The notes beneath the pieces were generated by a model. It was not told the DNA's origin, made no database searches, and saw only the letters and a program-made list of their open reading frames with translations. A DNA stretch of 64,000 nt, taken from contig CM119269.1 in NCBI GenBank assembly GCA_051294375.1, positions 7,669,446 through 7,733,445 on the forward strand, written 5' to 3'. Positions 1-58,260 of this stretch are shown here, piece after piece; the stretch's first letter is position 1; each line of letters begins with the position of its first letter. Source of the DNA: Paraspadella gotoi. Its lineage: Eukaryota; Animalia; Chaetognatha. Position numbers and translations under genes: made by a program.

Positions 1-926
1 AATTTTTCGTCAAAAGTTGAACTTTTTTTTTATTATACCGCTTCTTTTGCCATCATTCCTTCTATATTATTTTACAGAGATTTTGTAATGAAAATCGCGT
101 GTTGTGAATTACTATAATAGTGGCTTTATTTTTTTTGTTGAAAATTCTTGTTTATATATAATATTTATTATTGTATCAGTTCTATTTACGAGTAAAAGTT
201 TCGTTGAGAAAATTCTTTGGGGAAATATGTGATTTTTGACAAATGCAAAATTGGAAAAATTTTTCCTTATTTTTTGGGACTGATAATATTTTCTCCAATT
301 TTGATTTAAATTTTTTGAAAGGTATGTACGTGACAAAATTTGAAGGACGAATCCAATCTGAAAGTTTTCTCTATGAGTTCATGATCTGAATAGGACCTAC
401 GTATATTTTACAGGGGTTGTGTAAAGTGTGTCAAAGAATTTGGCGAATCTATTCGCCAAAATACCTACTAAGTTCATCTACACGATATAGCTACTTATTC
501 ACGCCGCAGACATTTCTACATTTTCAGAAATAGGTGCTCGATTCGAAATACAAAAATTGTCATCTTTTATAAGCTTTAAATTAAATTAATGTTTAATTAC
601 CTAGACCGATAAGTCTGCTCCTACTACCAGTGTCAAATCTTCGTAACTATTCCTTGCTCCGATTGCCAAAAGCGGAAGCACGAACTCTCGCAAAGTAACT
701 CGAGGAACGGTGCTATATGAAAAAGCCCGTGAGAGATGGACGCCTCGCTTCCTTTTATTACCGCCGCCGTAATTAGTGAGAGTGCGAATGACGATTAAAG
801 GAAATGGGGGGAGCAAGGGGATGGGGCAGAGGCGTCTTTCGACGGCGAGATAATTGAGTGCGTGACGCCGTGACGTGGTGCCAGGGAGGAAGAAGAGTAA
901 TAGGGGGACGGTGGAAAGAAAACTAC

Positions 927-45791
<44,865 letters not shown>

Positions 45792-48700
45792 CTACGATGG
45801 AGGGGGTGGGGGGGGTGGGAAGAGAGGGAGGTGGTGGAGGAAGAGAGAGGTGGGAAGGGAAAGGGGGAAAAAAAAGGTTAATCCGAGGAAAGAGGAGAGA
45901 AAAAAGAAAACACTGAGACAAGCTTATCTCAGACCAAGCACCCAAGCTTTATATCGTTACATTTCTCCTAACTGCCGTAACCTTTTAAACGCTTTCTTTA
46001 TTTCCGGCCATCGACACGCCCACCTTCGTGCATTTTTATTACCGGTCATTTATCCTCCATCCCGTCAAGTTCACCGTCCCCTCTCGGGCGATGACCCTTC
46101 CTTTCCGGTTCTTTTTTTTTTCTCTCTCGGCGCTCAACTTCCGCCTCCTCGACTTCCGGTCTCTCGTTTCCGGTCGCCGGAAACAAAATGGCGTCCGGAG
46201 ATTTTTCGACCCAAAAATCTCGAGAGAATCGGATGGACGAATGGCGTCACTTATCCTCCCACGCAGAGAGAGAGAGAGANNNNNNNNNNNNNNNNNNNNN
46301 NNNNAAGAGAGGAGAGCAGAGAGAGAGAGAAGTAGCTAGAGAGAGAGAGAGAGAGGAGCTGTTAGAGAGAGATGAGTTTTATTGGGAAAGAGAAAAGAAC
46401 GAGATGAAATGATGCCAGAGACGAGAGGAGAGCACCATGAGGAGAGAGAAGAGATTGAGTGTTGGATTTTATAAGGGAGAGAGAAGAGAGAGAAGAGAAG
46501 AAGCTTTGGCCGTTTCCACTGACACTGTCATTTTAATCTTTCCTAAAGTGATGAAAGTCCAATTCATGCCTATTTTCATTACGAGTACGGAGAACGCGCC
46601 GAAAGCTATGACAGGAGTACCATGTTAGAGTGATTTGATTTGCTAGATCACGCCATTAAAAACTCCGATCAGCGTAGATACCACATCCTCTTTCTTCTTG
46701 CGAGTCTAAAACCTATGTCGCCAGAGCGCTTTGGTTTTTCATGCTTCAGTTTAACTTGCCGCGACCGGCCCAAGAGATCAAAATAGCCTGTGTTCGCATG
46801 TGTCACTGTTTATTCATTGCTGGCCGTTGCATTACCAAAAAAAGTAAGCCGTTGTTTCTGATAATTCGCTATAATCTTAAATTACTTTAAAATGAATATC
46901 TTGCCTGTCGAGCATCTTCTACTTGTGCTAATTCTGGGAATACTTGATATGGTGAAACTATTATTCTTCCAGTCTTGTTAATTAATGGCCATGGTCTTTC
47001 ATTTATTAACTGTGCTTCCGGATAAATATTTATATTCACTTATTATTGATTATTATATATTATTATTATTGAAAGAATTTGATTAATATATTAATATATA
47101 TATTATTATTTATTGCCATTCAATATTATTTTTTAAGATTTTTTTCTAAAGAAAAATACCAGAATTGCAGATCAAGTTTACTCCACGTAGTATCACGCTA
47201 TTTTTGGACCTCCTATATTCATCTTATTTCACTAATAAGGCTCCTTTTCTCAGCTTGTTCGCAAAGCACAAGTCGTGCAAGCAGATTGCCGAAGATTATT
47301 TATTTTCTTTGTATATTCCTATTTAATTCACCCTGAACAAGTAAAACCATCTCGGCAGTGATAATATTTTTTTAATCAAGTCATTTAGTAAAAGTATTTG
47401 ACTTTGGTCTGCTTATTACTCTGGCCTCTTTATAAATTTATACTGCGATGCATTTTCCACCAAGATAGTATTCGATAACAAATTGTAGAATAGGAACAGT
47501 AGTTTTGGGGGGTACCGATCTGGGGGATATTTTGTTGTTTGCAATTTTAATGTTCGTGATCTTTTACGGAATGCAATGAGGAAAACTTCGCTCAGTTGGA
47601 AATTGACTCGAATGTCGCGACGGAAATTTCGACGCGATGTCATCGTGTAATTGAGGAAATATTTGATTGAGGCCGAATCAGCGAAGGCTAAGGAAAAAGA
47701 AGCATAGTAGGCGCGACCATTTTGACCTATTTACATGGTTCGCCATTTTACACTACGAATAATAAGGACTATTGTGGCAGGTTACGAAGGGACAAAGAAG
47801 CTTTCCTAGCATGCGCACATGCAAACGCTTCGCGGAAGATCCTCGCGCAGCGCGGCAGTCAATGGCGCTGGTGAACTTTGTGGCAAGAGTCTCACGATAA
47901 TACGAAACTGGAACATTTAGCTTTCTGAGCTTTAATCTTATAGTCGCACCAGCGAGGTCTATTTATTCTTTTTTTTTAGAATAAACTTAGGGACTATAAT
48001 ATTTGGATAATTATCTGTTCGCATCGAGTTGTATAGAAAAAAAATAATTTCGTTTCAATTTTCGAATAATTAAAAAGATACTTAACCTTTTGTCACTTCT
48101 TATTTCGACACGCACGCAATTTATTTCCTGGCTTTTTACTCTGTTTATGAATTTTCTTTGAGCTTTTAAATTCGAATAAATACAGATTTTATATTTGTAT
48201 TTATATTAGAATATAATAGTATAATATAATCGTTGTATTTGGGTTGGCCACTTTTATTCGCATTCTCCTAATTAACGCATTAAAACTACTAAAAAAAGCT
48301 ACTGAAGTTATGCACAGAATGCGCATCCTATTGGATCCCATCGGATGCGCTTTGCGATTTGGTTATCTTGAAGGAAGAAATCTGATTTTTTCTGTTTTTC
48401 GATTTTTTTAAAGACGGCAGATCTTGTCTGGAACATTAGCAAGGTTTTATTCAAAATTTCAGAAATACCGTAACAAAAAAGGAAAAAGGCATAGCCATGA
48501 CTAGAGGGCGTCAATTATTAGAAGAAGGGGAATGAATTTTTAAAAAGAATGTCGTGCCACGTTGGTGAAAAAAACTCCGTCGGTTAAGTTTGGACGTGGC
48601 GTCTCTCTTTCTCTCCTGCTCTTCTGTCTGCTCTGTCTCTCTCTCTCTCTCTCTTTGGGCTTGTCATGAATGGGATAATTAACAGATCGCAATATTGCTC

Positions 48701-48949
48701 TCCGATGATGCTCGAAAAAGAAAAAAAAAAAAATAAGGAATTTCAATTAACGAATATTTTCCTATTATTGCGCATATATTTCTCAATTAAATGTCAACTT
48801 TTTTGCTTTAATTCAATAATAATACGGCATATATATATATTGAGCGCTTATTTACGCAGAATGCTATTCTTTCGCGAAAAGTTAGTTTGGAACTCGGCAC
48901 AAAATCAAAATCTTCGGCCATACCGTTTTTAAACGAAAAAAAAACCAGG

Positions 48950-49810
48950 TGAAGAGACAGTAATTATTGATAAGTTGTTAATGATGCAGCAACCAGTTCA
49001 ATATAACAGTCCCTGACTTCGGATCAAGGCGGCTGTAAATCGTGTTACAGCGGCGTTAGCGGCCGGGCGTCCTCTTAACTGCCAGACGACCACCGGGCTA
49101 AGAAGCCCGAGCTTTGGGTTGGGAGGCGACCATGTCTTGCTCGCAGCACCAATGGGCCGCGATGAACGGTTAGTGATTTTAGTCCACGCATACATCCCCC
49201 GCCTCGCGCGTAGGGAAAAAGTCTGTTGCGTCTCTTCAGTGAATTGTGTGTTGGTCGATTCGCCATTCGAAAGTATCGTTCACCAAGTTGAGGGCTGTCG
49301 CCTGATCGAGTTGTGGGGCGGAAAGTGCATCGCCAGGCGGAAAGTGGCATCGCCAGTGTTGTTGTTGGCTGTTCGTTGTTCGAAGTCGGGCTACCCATGA
49401 AGAGACAGTAATTATTGATAAGTGTTAATGACAGAATCCCGCGGTTCAATATATAGCAGATGTCCCTGAGGCTTCGGGATCAGGCTGTAACACCGGTGTT
49501 ACACGCGGGTTAAGCCTGTCCCGTCCGCCCTGCTCTATACTGCCAGCCGACCACGTCGGGCTAGAACGCCGGACCTTTGGGTTGGGGAGAGCGAATGTCT
49601 TGGCCTCCGGCACGGATGGCGGCTGGTATGAACGGTTGGTGGATTTTAGTCAGCCATACATGCATATTTCGTTGACGGAATGGCCTTGTAATTGTAGGGA
49701 ATTCTGGTTTCATAGTGGCAGATTCATAGCAGGCGGCTGGAGGCGATCGCATGGGCCACATGGTCCAGCTGGTAGAGTCTCCACAGTCGCACATACCCTT
49801 GGCGGCCATA
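48950..49810. repeat. Two tandem, indel-divergent copies of a ~450-bp GC-rich unit
   Basis: Both start tgaagagacagtaattattgataagt (near 48950 and 49398) and remain colinear for about 250 bp. Confidence 0.8.
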
Positions 49811-49993
49811 AGTGATCGTCCTCGCGTTGGGGCTAAACAACATTTTTTATTAGGGCCAATGTATATAACACTAAACAATTCAAAAATAGGAACTCTTCAA
49901 ATAATAACATTTGATAGATTTGTGCCTTCCTTATTAGTTAAGAATTTATTGAAGATACTTAGCCACCTACGCAGTAGAGGCGTATTTTTTTTT

Positions 49994-50024
<31 letters not shown>

Positions 50025-53000
50025 GTGAAAAGTTGGCATAGCGAAAATATCTAAAAGTCAATTATGAAGCGACCGTAACCATCAGTGAACATTAATTAAA
50101 TAAAGAAAATAATGTTATGCTAATTTTCGTAAGTAGGTGGCGCCTATATATATATACAGCTTAGTCATCTTTATAAATCGATAAAATGTCAAATAGGGAT
50201 TTTCTTAATTTTGGAAGGCTGATTTATATTCTCCCTCAATAGTTGATAAAAAATCTAAATAATTTTTAATTTTTTTTATTAAATGTTAAAAAATTGAAAA
50301 ACTATATTTAATATATACAAATTTTAATTTTCAGCTTAAAATATTAGGTTTCTTTTGATATTTTACGCAACTAATCGAATAATTTTAAAAAAAAGAGTTA
50401 TATTTCTTTATATCAACTTTTCATGAGCTAATTCCAAATCTGCAATAAAAAATCTTACAAAAAACTATTTTGAAATTTTAGCGCATTTATTGGATTAGTA
50501 CTTGTATAAGATATGGGCTACTGGGGCGTAAATTGTAAAATTTAATAAATCCAATTTTTTTTATATAGAATGTTCTTTAGTATACGATGTGTGTTGCGTT
50601 TCCTGAGCTCTTTTGATTTTAATTAAAGTTAAATTTATAATTTTTAGGCTACGCTGGGACTAATACCACAGCAAATAAAGGCTGACAAAAACTAATTCGT
50701 AAGTTCGTTTGATTCAATAAAGTTAATATTTATTAACTCTTAAAAAATTTGTTAAAAAAGAGATCTTTAGAAAAAATGCGACTATAGGGAGAAATAATAA
50801 ATACGAATTAACACTTGGACGATGACGTTGTCGTCGACGATAAATGCGCACGACGACGAGCGACGTTTGATGAAGGCGCGACTATGGGAGGTCACCAGGA
50901 CCCGATGGCGCAGGCCGTGTAGGCGTCATGCGTCGTATCATGTTTTACGCCTGTTTTATGGTGTTGTTCATAATCGGCATCATTACTTGTAGCAAAGTTT
51001 GATTCGGATTTGGCTGTACGCTACGATGTTGCACGGCACACGGGCAGGAAGTGTCGGGGCAAAAAGTAGAATCTCATAGCAATTGAAACAATTCTTTGAA
51101 ATTTAATAAACTAGGCTTCATTGATTGGGAAGGTCCTGGTTCAATTGAAGTGAATAAACAAGACTGTGAGAGAGTCTTGCTTAAAAGCTAGCAGAAAGCC
51201 TGCTATGTTATATCTTGTTAAGTGTGATGGAGGCGCTTAGAACCCACCAAAGGCCGTCCAAAGTAGGGACAAGATAGCTTATTTATAAATGAATGGATAT
51301 CTTTATATTTGTTGTAGCCCAATTTGCATAGCAATTATTTGGGCTAGTTTTTTTTTTTTTTTTTAATTAGCCACGTTTGGCTACCCATTAATTGCCGGCC
51401 ATCATCGCTAGCATCATCGCTAGCATCATCCGCGCTTCATTCGAAACAGGCAATAGCTCGGGACGACGAAGAATGGAAACGCTACGTCACGCATCATCTC
51501 CGTCAAGAAAATCGATGGGGCAAGCTGGAGATCGTGCTTAGCCAGATGAGGCCATCGCCTCATTGAACCGCCTCCGCTTACGACAATTCATGATGTCCAA
51601 CGACAGAGCTTCGCAGGTTTGAAGGGTATGGTGTTGTCAAGCCCTGTCTAAGTAAGGGTCAAGCGTAACAGGAGTATGTTCTCTTTGGCTGGTTCTCATT
51701 TTCGAGCAATTGTGGCCCGGCATCTCTGTATTCTTAATTCCTAAACCCTATAGCTTCTTAACGAGCGGCTAAACTATTGGCTAAGTATTACTAAGCTGCT
51801 TTATCAGCTAACGTTTTCATTTTTGTTTTTAACGCTAATCTTTATGCTATAAATATACTAGTAAATTCCGCATTTTTAGATGTAATAGAGTCTTTCGCGA
51901 AAAATAAGGGCGCGAAATAAGGTCTAGTGTTTCATCCCTTACGTCAGCGCTGGTTAGTGTGACGGTGTCGGCATAACACACGCTTGGACATCAGTGGGAT
52001 CTCTCTGTAGGATCGGCAAATCCTTGAGGCGCCAGCTGTTGGGAGCGCGGCTCCCACCCCGGGGCATCACACATGTCTCGCCTCGTTGGCGCCATACTGG
52101 AACGATTAATAAATTAGCTAGGTACCGCGAGTTTTTTTTATTTATTTTCTTTTTCCGCTGTTTAGAAGTGAGCGAAACTACAGCGAGTTGCAGGCGAATG
52201 GAGCTGCAGGGGCAGACGTGTGGACGCGCTGGCGGAGCAGGTGCGACGGGCAAGGGCAGAGTAGCGGGCGGGTCCAGGGAATCGCGAGATGGATCGGCGG
52301 AGGAGCGTCGGAGAGGAGGCGGAGGAATAAGGAGGAGTAAGGGAAGGAAGATCTTTGGTTAAAGAGGCCGAGGCTTGGCTTGCGAATCGCAAAACGCTGG
52401 GGAAAGTGGATGAGGAAGAAGGTGAGGATAATTTGGTCGGGGAGAGAGGAGGTGACGGAGTTATGAAAAGGAGAGAAAAATGGGGTGAAGGCAAATAGCG
52501 AAATGGAAGGATTAATAGAATTTTATGAAGATTTTAGATCAGAGGAATTCGTGAAGAAAACGTTACATGGCATGGGGCTTTGGCTTATTGGCTTAAGCTC
52601 GCGAACTCAAGCATTATTGCCGGTTCCATCCCTGGTCAGGCAGAGGGGGGTGGTTGCTTCCATGAAAGCTTTAACGGGGGCCGGTTTTAATCAGCGACTC
52701 TGGATCGCCAAGTTGCGCGGAAAGCGAGGGCGAGCTGAAGAATGTTGGGGCTATACTATATCTGCGCCGTCAGAGGGCTAATGGCTGACGCCCCTCTGCG
52801 CGTCAGCTTTCGGCTGAACATATTCACATTTTTTTTTTAAATGGTTTGACTTTTTTTTGTTGCAATTCATTCTCTTTTGGTCGAAGATCAGATTTGATTA
52901 AATGTTATTCACGATCACCTTAGTTAACGAAGTATTTTCAATCGTCTCGATCGATGCAGTACATTTTCAGGGCTCAAAAGTTTCCTGTCGTGCGTTGCAG

Positions 53001-54762
53001 AGACGTTTTGGCGGCCGCGTCGGCGGAGGGCGGCGCGCGCAGCGGGGCGTCAATGACCGACGAAGGAGAAGAGGGAGAAGGTTGCATTGCGTCGGCGATA
53101 ATGTAAGAGAGAGAGAACATGAAGGTAAATGAAACGAAAACATTTTCTCGTTTCTCTGCTCGTTCTTAGTGAAATAATGCCGCTCGTTTTATTGATGTCG
53201 AAGGGACTTTGAAAGGCGTGCGACGATGCCTGACGGACGAGCAATCGACGACGACGACTGAAAACATAAGCCCTAGAGTCTTGTTAGCGACGGGTAAGTC
53301 TTTTCCGAGTTTAACTGACCTAAAAACTGAAAATTTAATTCGTGATGATACATTTAAATACGAATAATAGATCTGATATAAATAAATCCAATTCATGGCT
53401 ATCACGCTTTCGGACGGCAATAATTTCATCACGGAGCGATCAATCAATCGCTCATGTCATTCATCAAGGCCTACGTTAGGTTTATAGGCAATAAATCGCC
53501 AGCCATCACTCTTGCCTTTACAGCAGCGCAACGGGCAACTCCGTCCGGCGCCTTCGTCATCGTCTCCGAAGACGGCTGGGGGGAGGAGGAACGATAGGCA
53601 GGCAGGCAGCTTCAGGCAGCAGGCGAAACAGTCCCGCGGCGGAGGCAGCATGAGCCTCGAACGGACGGGGAACGGCACGCTGCGTCGCTCCACTAGCGTC
53701 GACGGGGCAGGAGAACGACAAGAACGCTGCGGCGGACGAAGATCTTTTGATTTTTATCCGGGTAGGTGACGGCGTTTTTTTTTTTGGTTTTATTTTATGT
53801 AAAGTGCTTATATGTTATCGTGTTAGACAGTCGTCAGTTGCATTGAGTATTGAAGTTTTTTTTCATATTCAAAAGATCAGCCTAGTGATATTAAAATCCT
53901 CTCGTCCGTGCCTTCCGTAAAAGGTCCGTGGCCCGAAGCTCTGCCACGCGCCGCGAGCAAATGAGCGCCGGCGACGCTGTGTGCCGCGCGCGCTCTTGGC
54001 GTGCCCGTCTGGCGGTCGAAGCTACGAAACGAATCGTCATTCGGTCGCTGTCGCCATCTAGTCGTAGTCTGGCACGAAGACGAGGAAAGTCGACCCGCGG
54101 CTTCGCCCTGCCCTCTTCACTCACGTTCTTTGCTGAACACTGAATGCCGTACGGTTGATTAGTGTGGCGGTGTGGGGCGGGGGGCGTGATTCGAAGATGG
54201 GAGAGGTGTGGGGTAATGTTTGGGTGGGATTAGGAAGTATGCGTGGCGCTTACATTTTTGGGTTGAGAACGCATCTGGCTCATTTTCGTTTACGAGTTTG
54301 TTCACGGATGTTTGAACAACAAAATAATGGTACACTTAGCTCTTAATAGATGCCAAGAAGGAACCTTTGATTGTTTGTGTTGTTTTTGTTTGTTTTTTTT
54401 TTTTACGGAGCAGCGAAATGAGGCGCAAACAACAATGTTAAAATTGGCTAATTTGGCTGTTCGTTGGAATCGTGAAAAAAAAAAAACGTCAATAGGGCGT
54501 GACATTTTTTTAAACGAGCCCAGTTAGCACGGTGAATATCCGGCTTTTCGGATTGTTTTTTTTTTTTTTAATTGAACAAACCTTTAGCTGCGCATCTTAT
54601 AATCCGTTGTTGCTCTGAGCAGGCAGTTGGCTCAATTGGTTCGCACAAGTTGATTTAGCTTTTGCCGGCTTGGTTTTTTTTAAACATTTCTGTTTTTTAC
54701 TTTTAATGAATTTTGCATAGATTTAAAATTTTTGACTGTTTTGTTATAGAAGATTAGCCACA

Positions 54763-55825
54763 GTGCAGCCCCGCCCGCAAATAAATATGCTTCAGACATA
54801 AAATGAAGGCATGCAATGGTTATAGCTTCCTGCCCAATTCATTAACAGGTTTCCTGTGAAGCAAATAAAACATGGCGAAAATGGGCTTGGCTAATATCAT
54901 AATACAGATATGATATCACATTCGACACTTATGAGCATTAAAGGCAAACTTTTTGTAAATAATGTATATAACGTCAAAAAAAGATTTAGCATTTTAGAGC
55001 CTTTTGTATTAGAAAGATTATCACCGCTGAGGCGCCGTGCGCGCATTGTGCAGACCCCACAATCAAAATATCTCAGGACATAAAAATAACATGCAATGGT
55101 ACTATTGGCACAAATTATATAAGCAGGTTTACTGTGAAGAACAATAAAACATTGATAAATCTTCTAAATTCATGAATAAAGAATACAAGTATGCACATTG
55201 CGCGACAGCTCATATTGAGGCATAAAGGCAAAGCTTTTTTTGTAAATAATGTATATATATCAATAAACAGATTTAGCAATTTTAGACGCTTTTGTTATGT
55301 AGAGAAGATTACCTGTGCAGTGCAGATCGCCCAAAAAATATCTTCAGAGCATTAAAATATTACATGTCAATGGTTAAATTTCACAAAATTAAATTACGTT
55401 ACTGTGAACCAAATAAAACAGAAGCGGTTGGTGCCGGGTTAATAATGGTTGAATAACATGGCTTCTAATTCATAATAAATGATACAATATCACATTCGGC
55501 GACAACCTTAATGAGCATAAAGGCAAAACTTTTTTGTTACAAAAAAAATAATGTAATATAATCAAAAAGATTTACAATTAATTTTAGACGGATTGTTGTT
55601 AATAGAAGATTACCGGCAGTGGCAAAGCCCCCCAAAAACTATCTTCAGAGCATAAAAATAACATGCAATGGTTATCATTTAACAAATTAAATTAGAGGTT
55701 TAGCTGTGAACAATAAAACCAGAAATATGCTTTTAATTCATAATAAGAATAGCGATAATCACATTCCGACACTTATGAGGCAAAAAGGCAAACTTTTTGT
55801 AAATAATGTAATATATCAAAAAAGA
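54763..55825. repeat. AT-rich satellite, about 4 copies of a ~270-300-bp unit
   Basis: Motifs catgcaatggtt, ctgtgaa..aataaaac, cacattcgacacttatgagcataaaggcaaactttttgtaaataatgta recur four times in the same order. Confidence 0.85.
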
Positions 55826-56738
55826 ATAAAAAATTCAGCTCACAGTTATGATACTTACTTTATATATTAAAAAAAATTAAATAGAAGCGGTGTATGAGTT
55901 TAAATGTAAGGTGCAATCATATCGCGTAAAAGCAAGCTGAGTACAAGTTGATGTTGAAGACTTTCTGTTAGCAAAGTGTTTATCATGAAACTGAGATAAA
56001 GTTGATGTTAAAGACTTTTCTGTTCAAAAATGTTTTGCATAAACATTTGTAAAGCAGAAAAGTCTTGAACATCAACTTTCGAAGGGCAAAAAAAAAAAAT
56101 CTTAAAAGGGGGCATAAGGATAAGGCCATGATGATAGTGCATTTCATTGCATGATGAAAGTCATCATCTGACGGCGATGAATCATTCATCGAAATAAAGA
56201 CAACAAATGCGTGTATGCAGTGAAAGAGAGAGAGAGAAGAGAGAGAGAGGAGCGAAGAGAGAGAGAAGAGATGGACAGTTTGCTCCAGCCAACCGAAAGC
56301 GCATTATTATGTCTGCTCTCGTTTATATAAAGAATACATCAGAAAGTTTAGGGAAAATCGGCACGAAAATCTCGGATGTAATTTGGCGGATTTTTGTATG
56401 ACAATAATGGCGTATAAAAGTTTTTAGAAGGAAAAAGAGAGAGAGAGAAAGAGAAACGAGTAGAGAGAGAGAGAGAGAGGAAGAGAGAGAGAGAAAGAGA
56501 AAGAGAGAGAGAGAAGAGAGAGACAGAGAGATAGATGAGAGAGAGGAGAGGAGTGAGAAAGTGATAGATAGAGAAAGAGAAAAGAAAAAGTTCTTTCAGG
56601 CTGTTCGCGAGCAAGAGAGTAATAAATAAGTAGAAAATCCTAAAAAATTAATAATAATAATAATAATATAGATAATAATAATAATAATAATAATAATATA
56701 ATAATAATAATAATAATTGTACTCTAAGTAATTATATT

Positions 56739-56848
56739 TAGTAATGAAATGAAGAAGAAGTAACGAAATGAAATGAAAGGCAAAATGAAAGAAATGAGAA
56801 TTTAACAAATGCAGCAAGATAGAACAGTGAAAGCAAACAAGCTTTGAT

Positions 56849-56879
<31 letters not shown>

Positions 56880-57105
56880 CTTTTCATCCCGGAGAAGCCA
56901 GAGGAGAACGACCGAAAGATGACCAGACGTGATTGACTTGCAATCACTCGACCATCATCTCCCTTGTCGCCGCTTGGTTTTCGCCATTCGCCCACCAATC
57001 AAAGCTTGTTGCTTTCACTGTTTATTCTTGCTGTCATTTTGTAATTCTACTTTCTTTCATTTTGCCTTTCATTCTATTCGTTACTTCTTCTTCATTTCAT
57101 TACTA
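56739..57105. repeat. Inverted repeat with ~115-bp arms (56739-56853 / 56993-57105), flanked by (TAA)n and (TTA)n
   Basis: tagtaatgaaatgaagaagaagtaacgaa...caagctttgattggtg is the reverse complement of caccaatcaaagcttg...ttcgttacttcttcttcatttcattacta. A degraded copy of the loop plus right arm lies at ~60820-61200. Confidence 0.85.
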
Positions 57106-57114
57106 ATATTTTAC

Positions 57115-57150
<36 letters not shown>

Positions 57151-57924
57151 GAATCCGCCGAAGTTATCTCTATATATCACTTAGGAATGCATCGAGATGA
57201 ACTCTCGATACGTGCAGATCTCGTCTGTTGGTGGATCTACCCTGCGAAATTTCTCACAGTGAAATTGCTGTTTCTTTTTCGTTTTTAACGTACATATCTT
57301 TCTAGTTAGTTTTAATAGGCACATTTGATTTGAAGTCTAGAATATATTAGGTGTGTATAAAAATCTTCTAGGTGTATTTAATATTCTTCTTCTTCTTTGA
57401 CATCATTTCAATTAATTTATAGTCGATTAGCCCAACATTATGTCGTTTTCACTTGACTCATACACATTTTATTATAGCTTTAACAACTCCGATGCTACAC
57501 ACGCCCGATATCATCTTTCCTTCCACTAAAAGCAGAATAGTATTCTCCTTCTCTCTACTCCTCCTCTTCGTCCTGTCGATCAATCTCTCCACTCTTCCTT
57601 CTCTTTCCTTCTCCCGCCTCTCTCCTCTCCCGTCTCTCTCCCTTCCTTCGCAACCCACCCATCGCCTCTCTCTTTCCTCTTCCTCCTCTCTCCCTCCTCC
57701 CTCCGTTCCTCCTCTCTCTCCTCTGCTCATTGACCTTCACCGAAATGACCGATATATATGCTTTCGAAGAAGCAAAAATAAGAAGACGACGACGACAAGG
57801 ACGACGACGACAGTGATGTCGACGTAAACGCCGGACGTTGTCGACGACGATGACAGCGACGACGGCGTCCGACAACCCCAACCCTCACCGCGCCACTCTA
57901 GGTTGTTACTCCTTTCGTCCCCCG

Positions 57925-58260
57925 CCCTAACCGACTAAAGTGCCTGCATATTAGGGATTAAAATCTCCAGTAAAATATGCCTCCCAGCGCGTATTTGTCA
58001 AGACTTATTGTCCGCTGGTCCGAGTCAAAAAATAAAAACACCCTTTCACAGCTTGTAAAAACTTTTTCGACGGAAAAAACAATTACCCACGCCTTTTGTG
58101 ATGTGGGTTAGGAGCCAGTGAGAGTTGCGAGACCGGTGGGATTAGTGGGTGGGAGTCCCAGTATTTGTAGGATATCTTCCCGTCCACTAGGTTTGAAACA
58201 TGGCGATGAACTGTTCTTGAGGAAGAAGCCGCGCTCTCTTTTCTCCCCTTTTTTTTTCTC
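57925..58260 (-). pseudogene. Degraded duplicate of HCN exon 45590-45791 (pseudo-exon or raw-read artefact)
   Basis: 58193-58238 nearly matches 45706-45751 (ttgaaacatggcgatgaactgttc.ttgaggaagaagccgcgctct); ccctaaccgac.taaagtgc matches the donor side. The sequence between is riddled with insertions. Confidence 0.75.

Noticed and set aside
49070-49130. Second twister ribozyme (TAACTGCC...CGGGCT..AAGCCCG...GGGAGG)
   Set aside because: CGGGCT/AGCCCG is a simple hairpin without the UYNC pseudoknot strand, P2 is too short, and copy 2 does not keep the motif.
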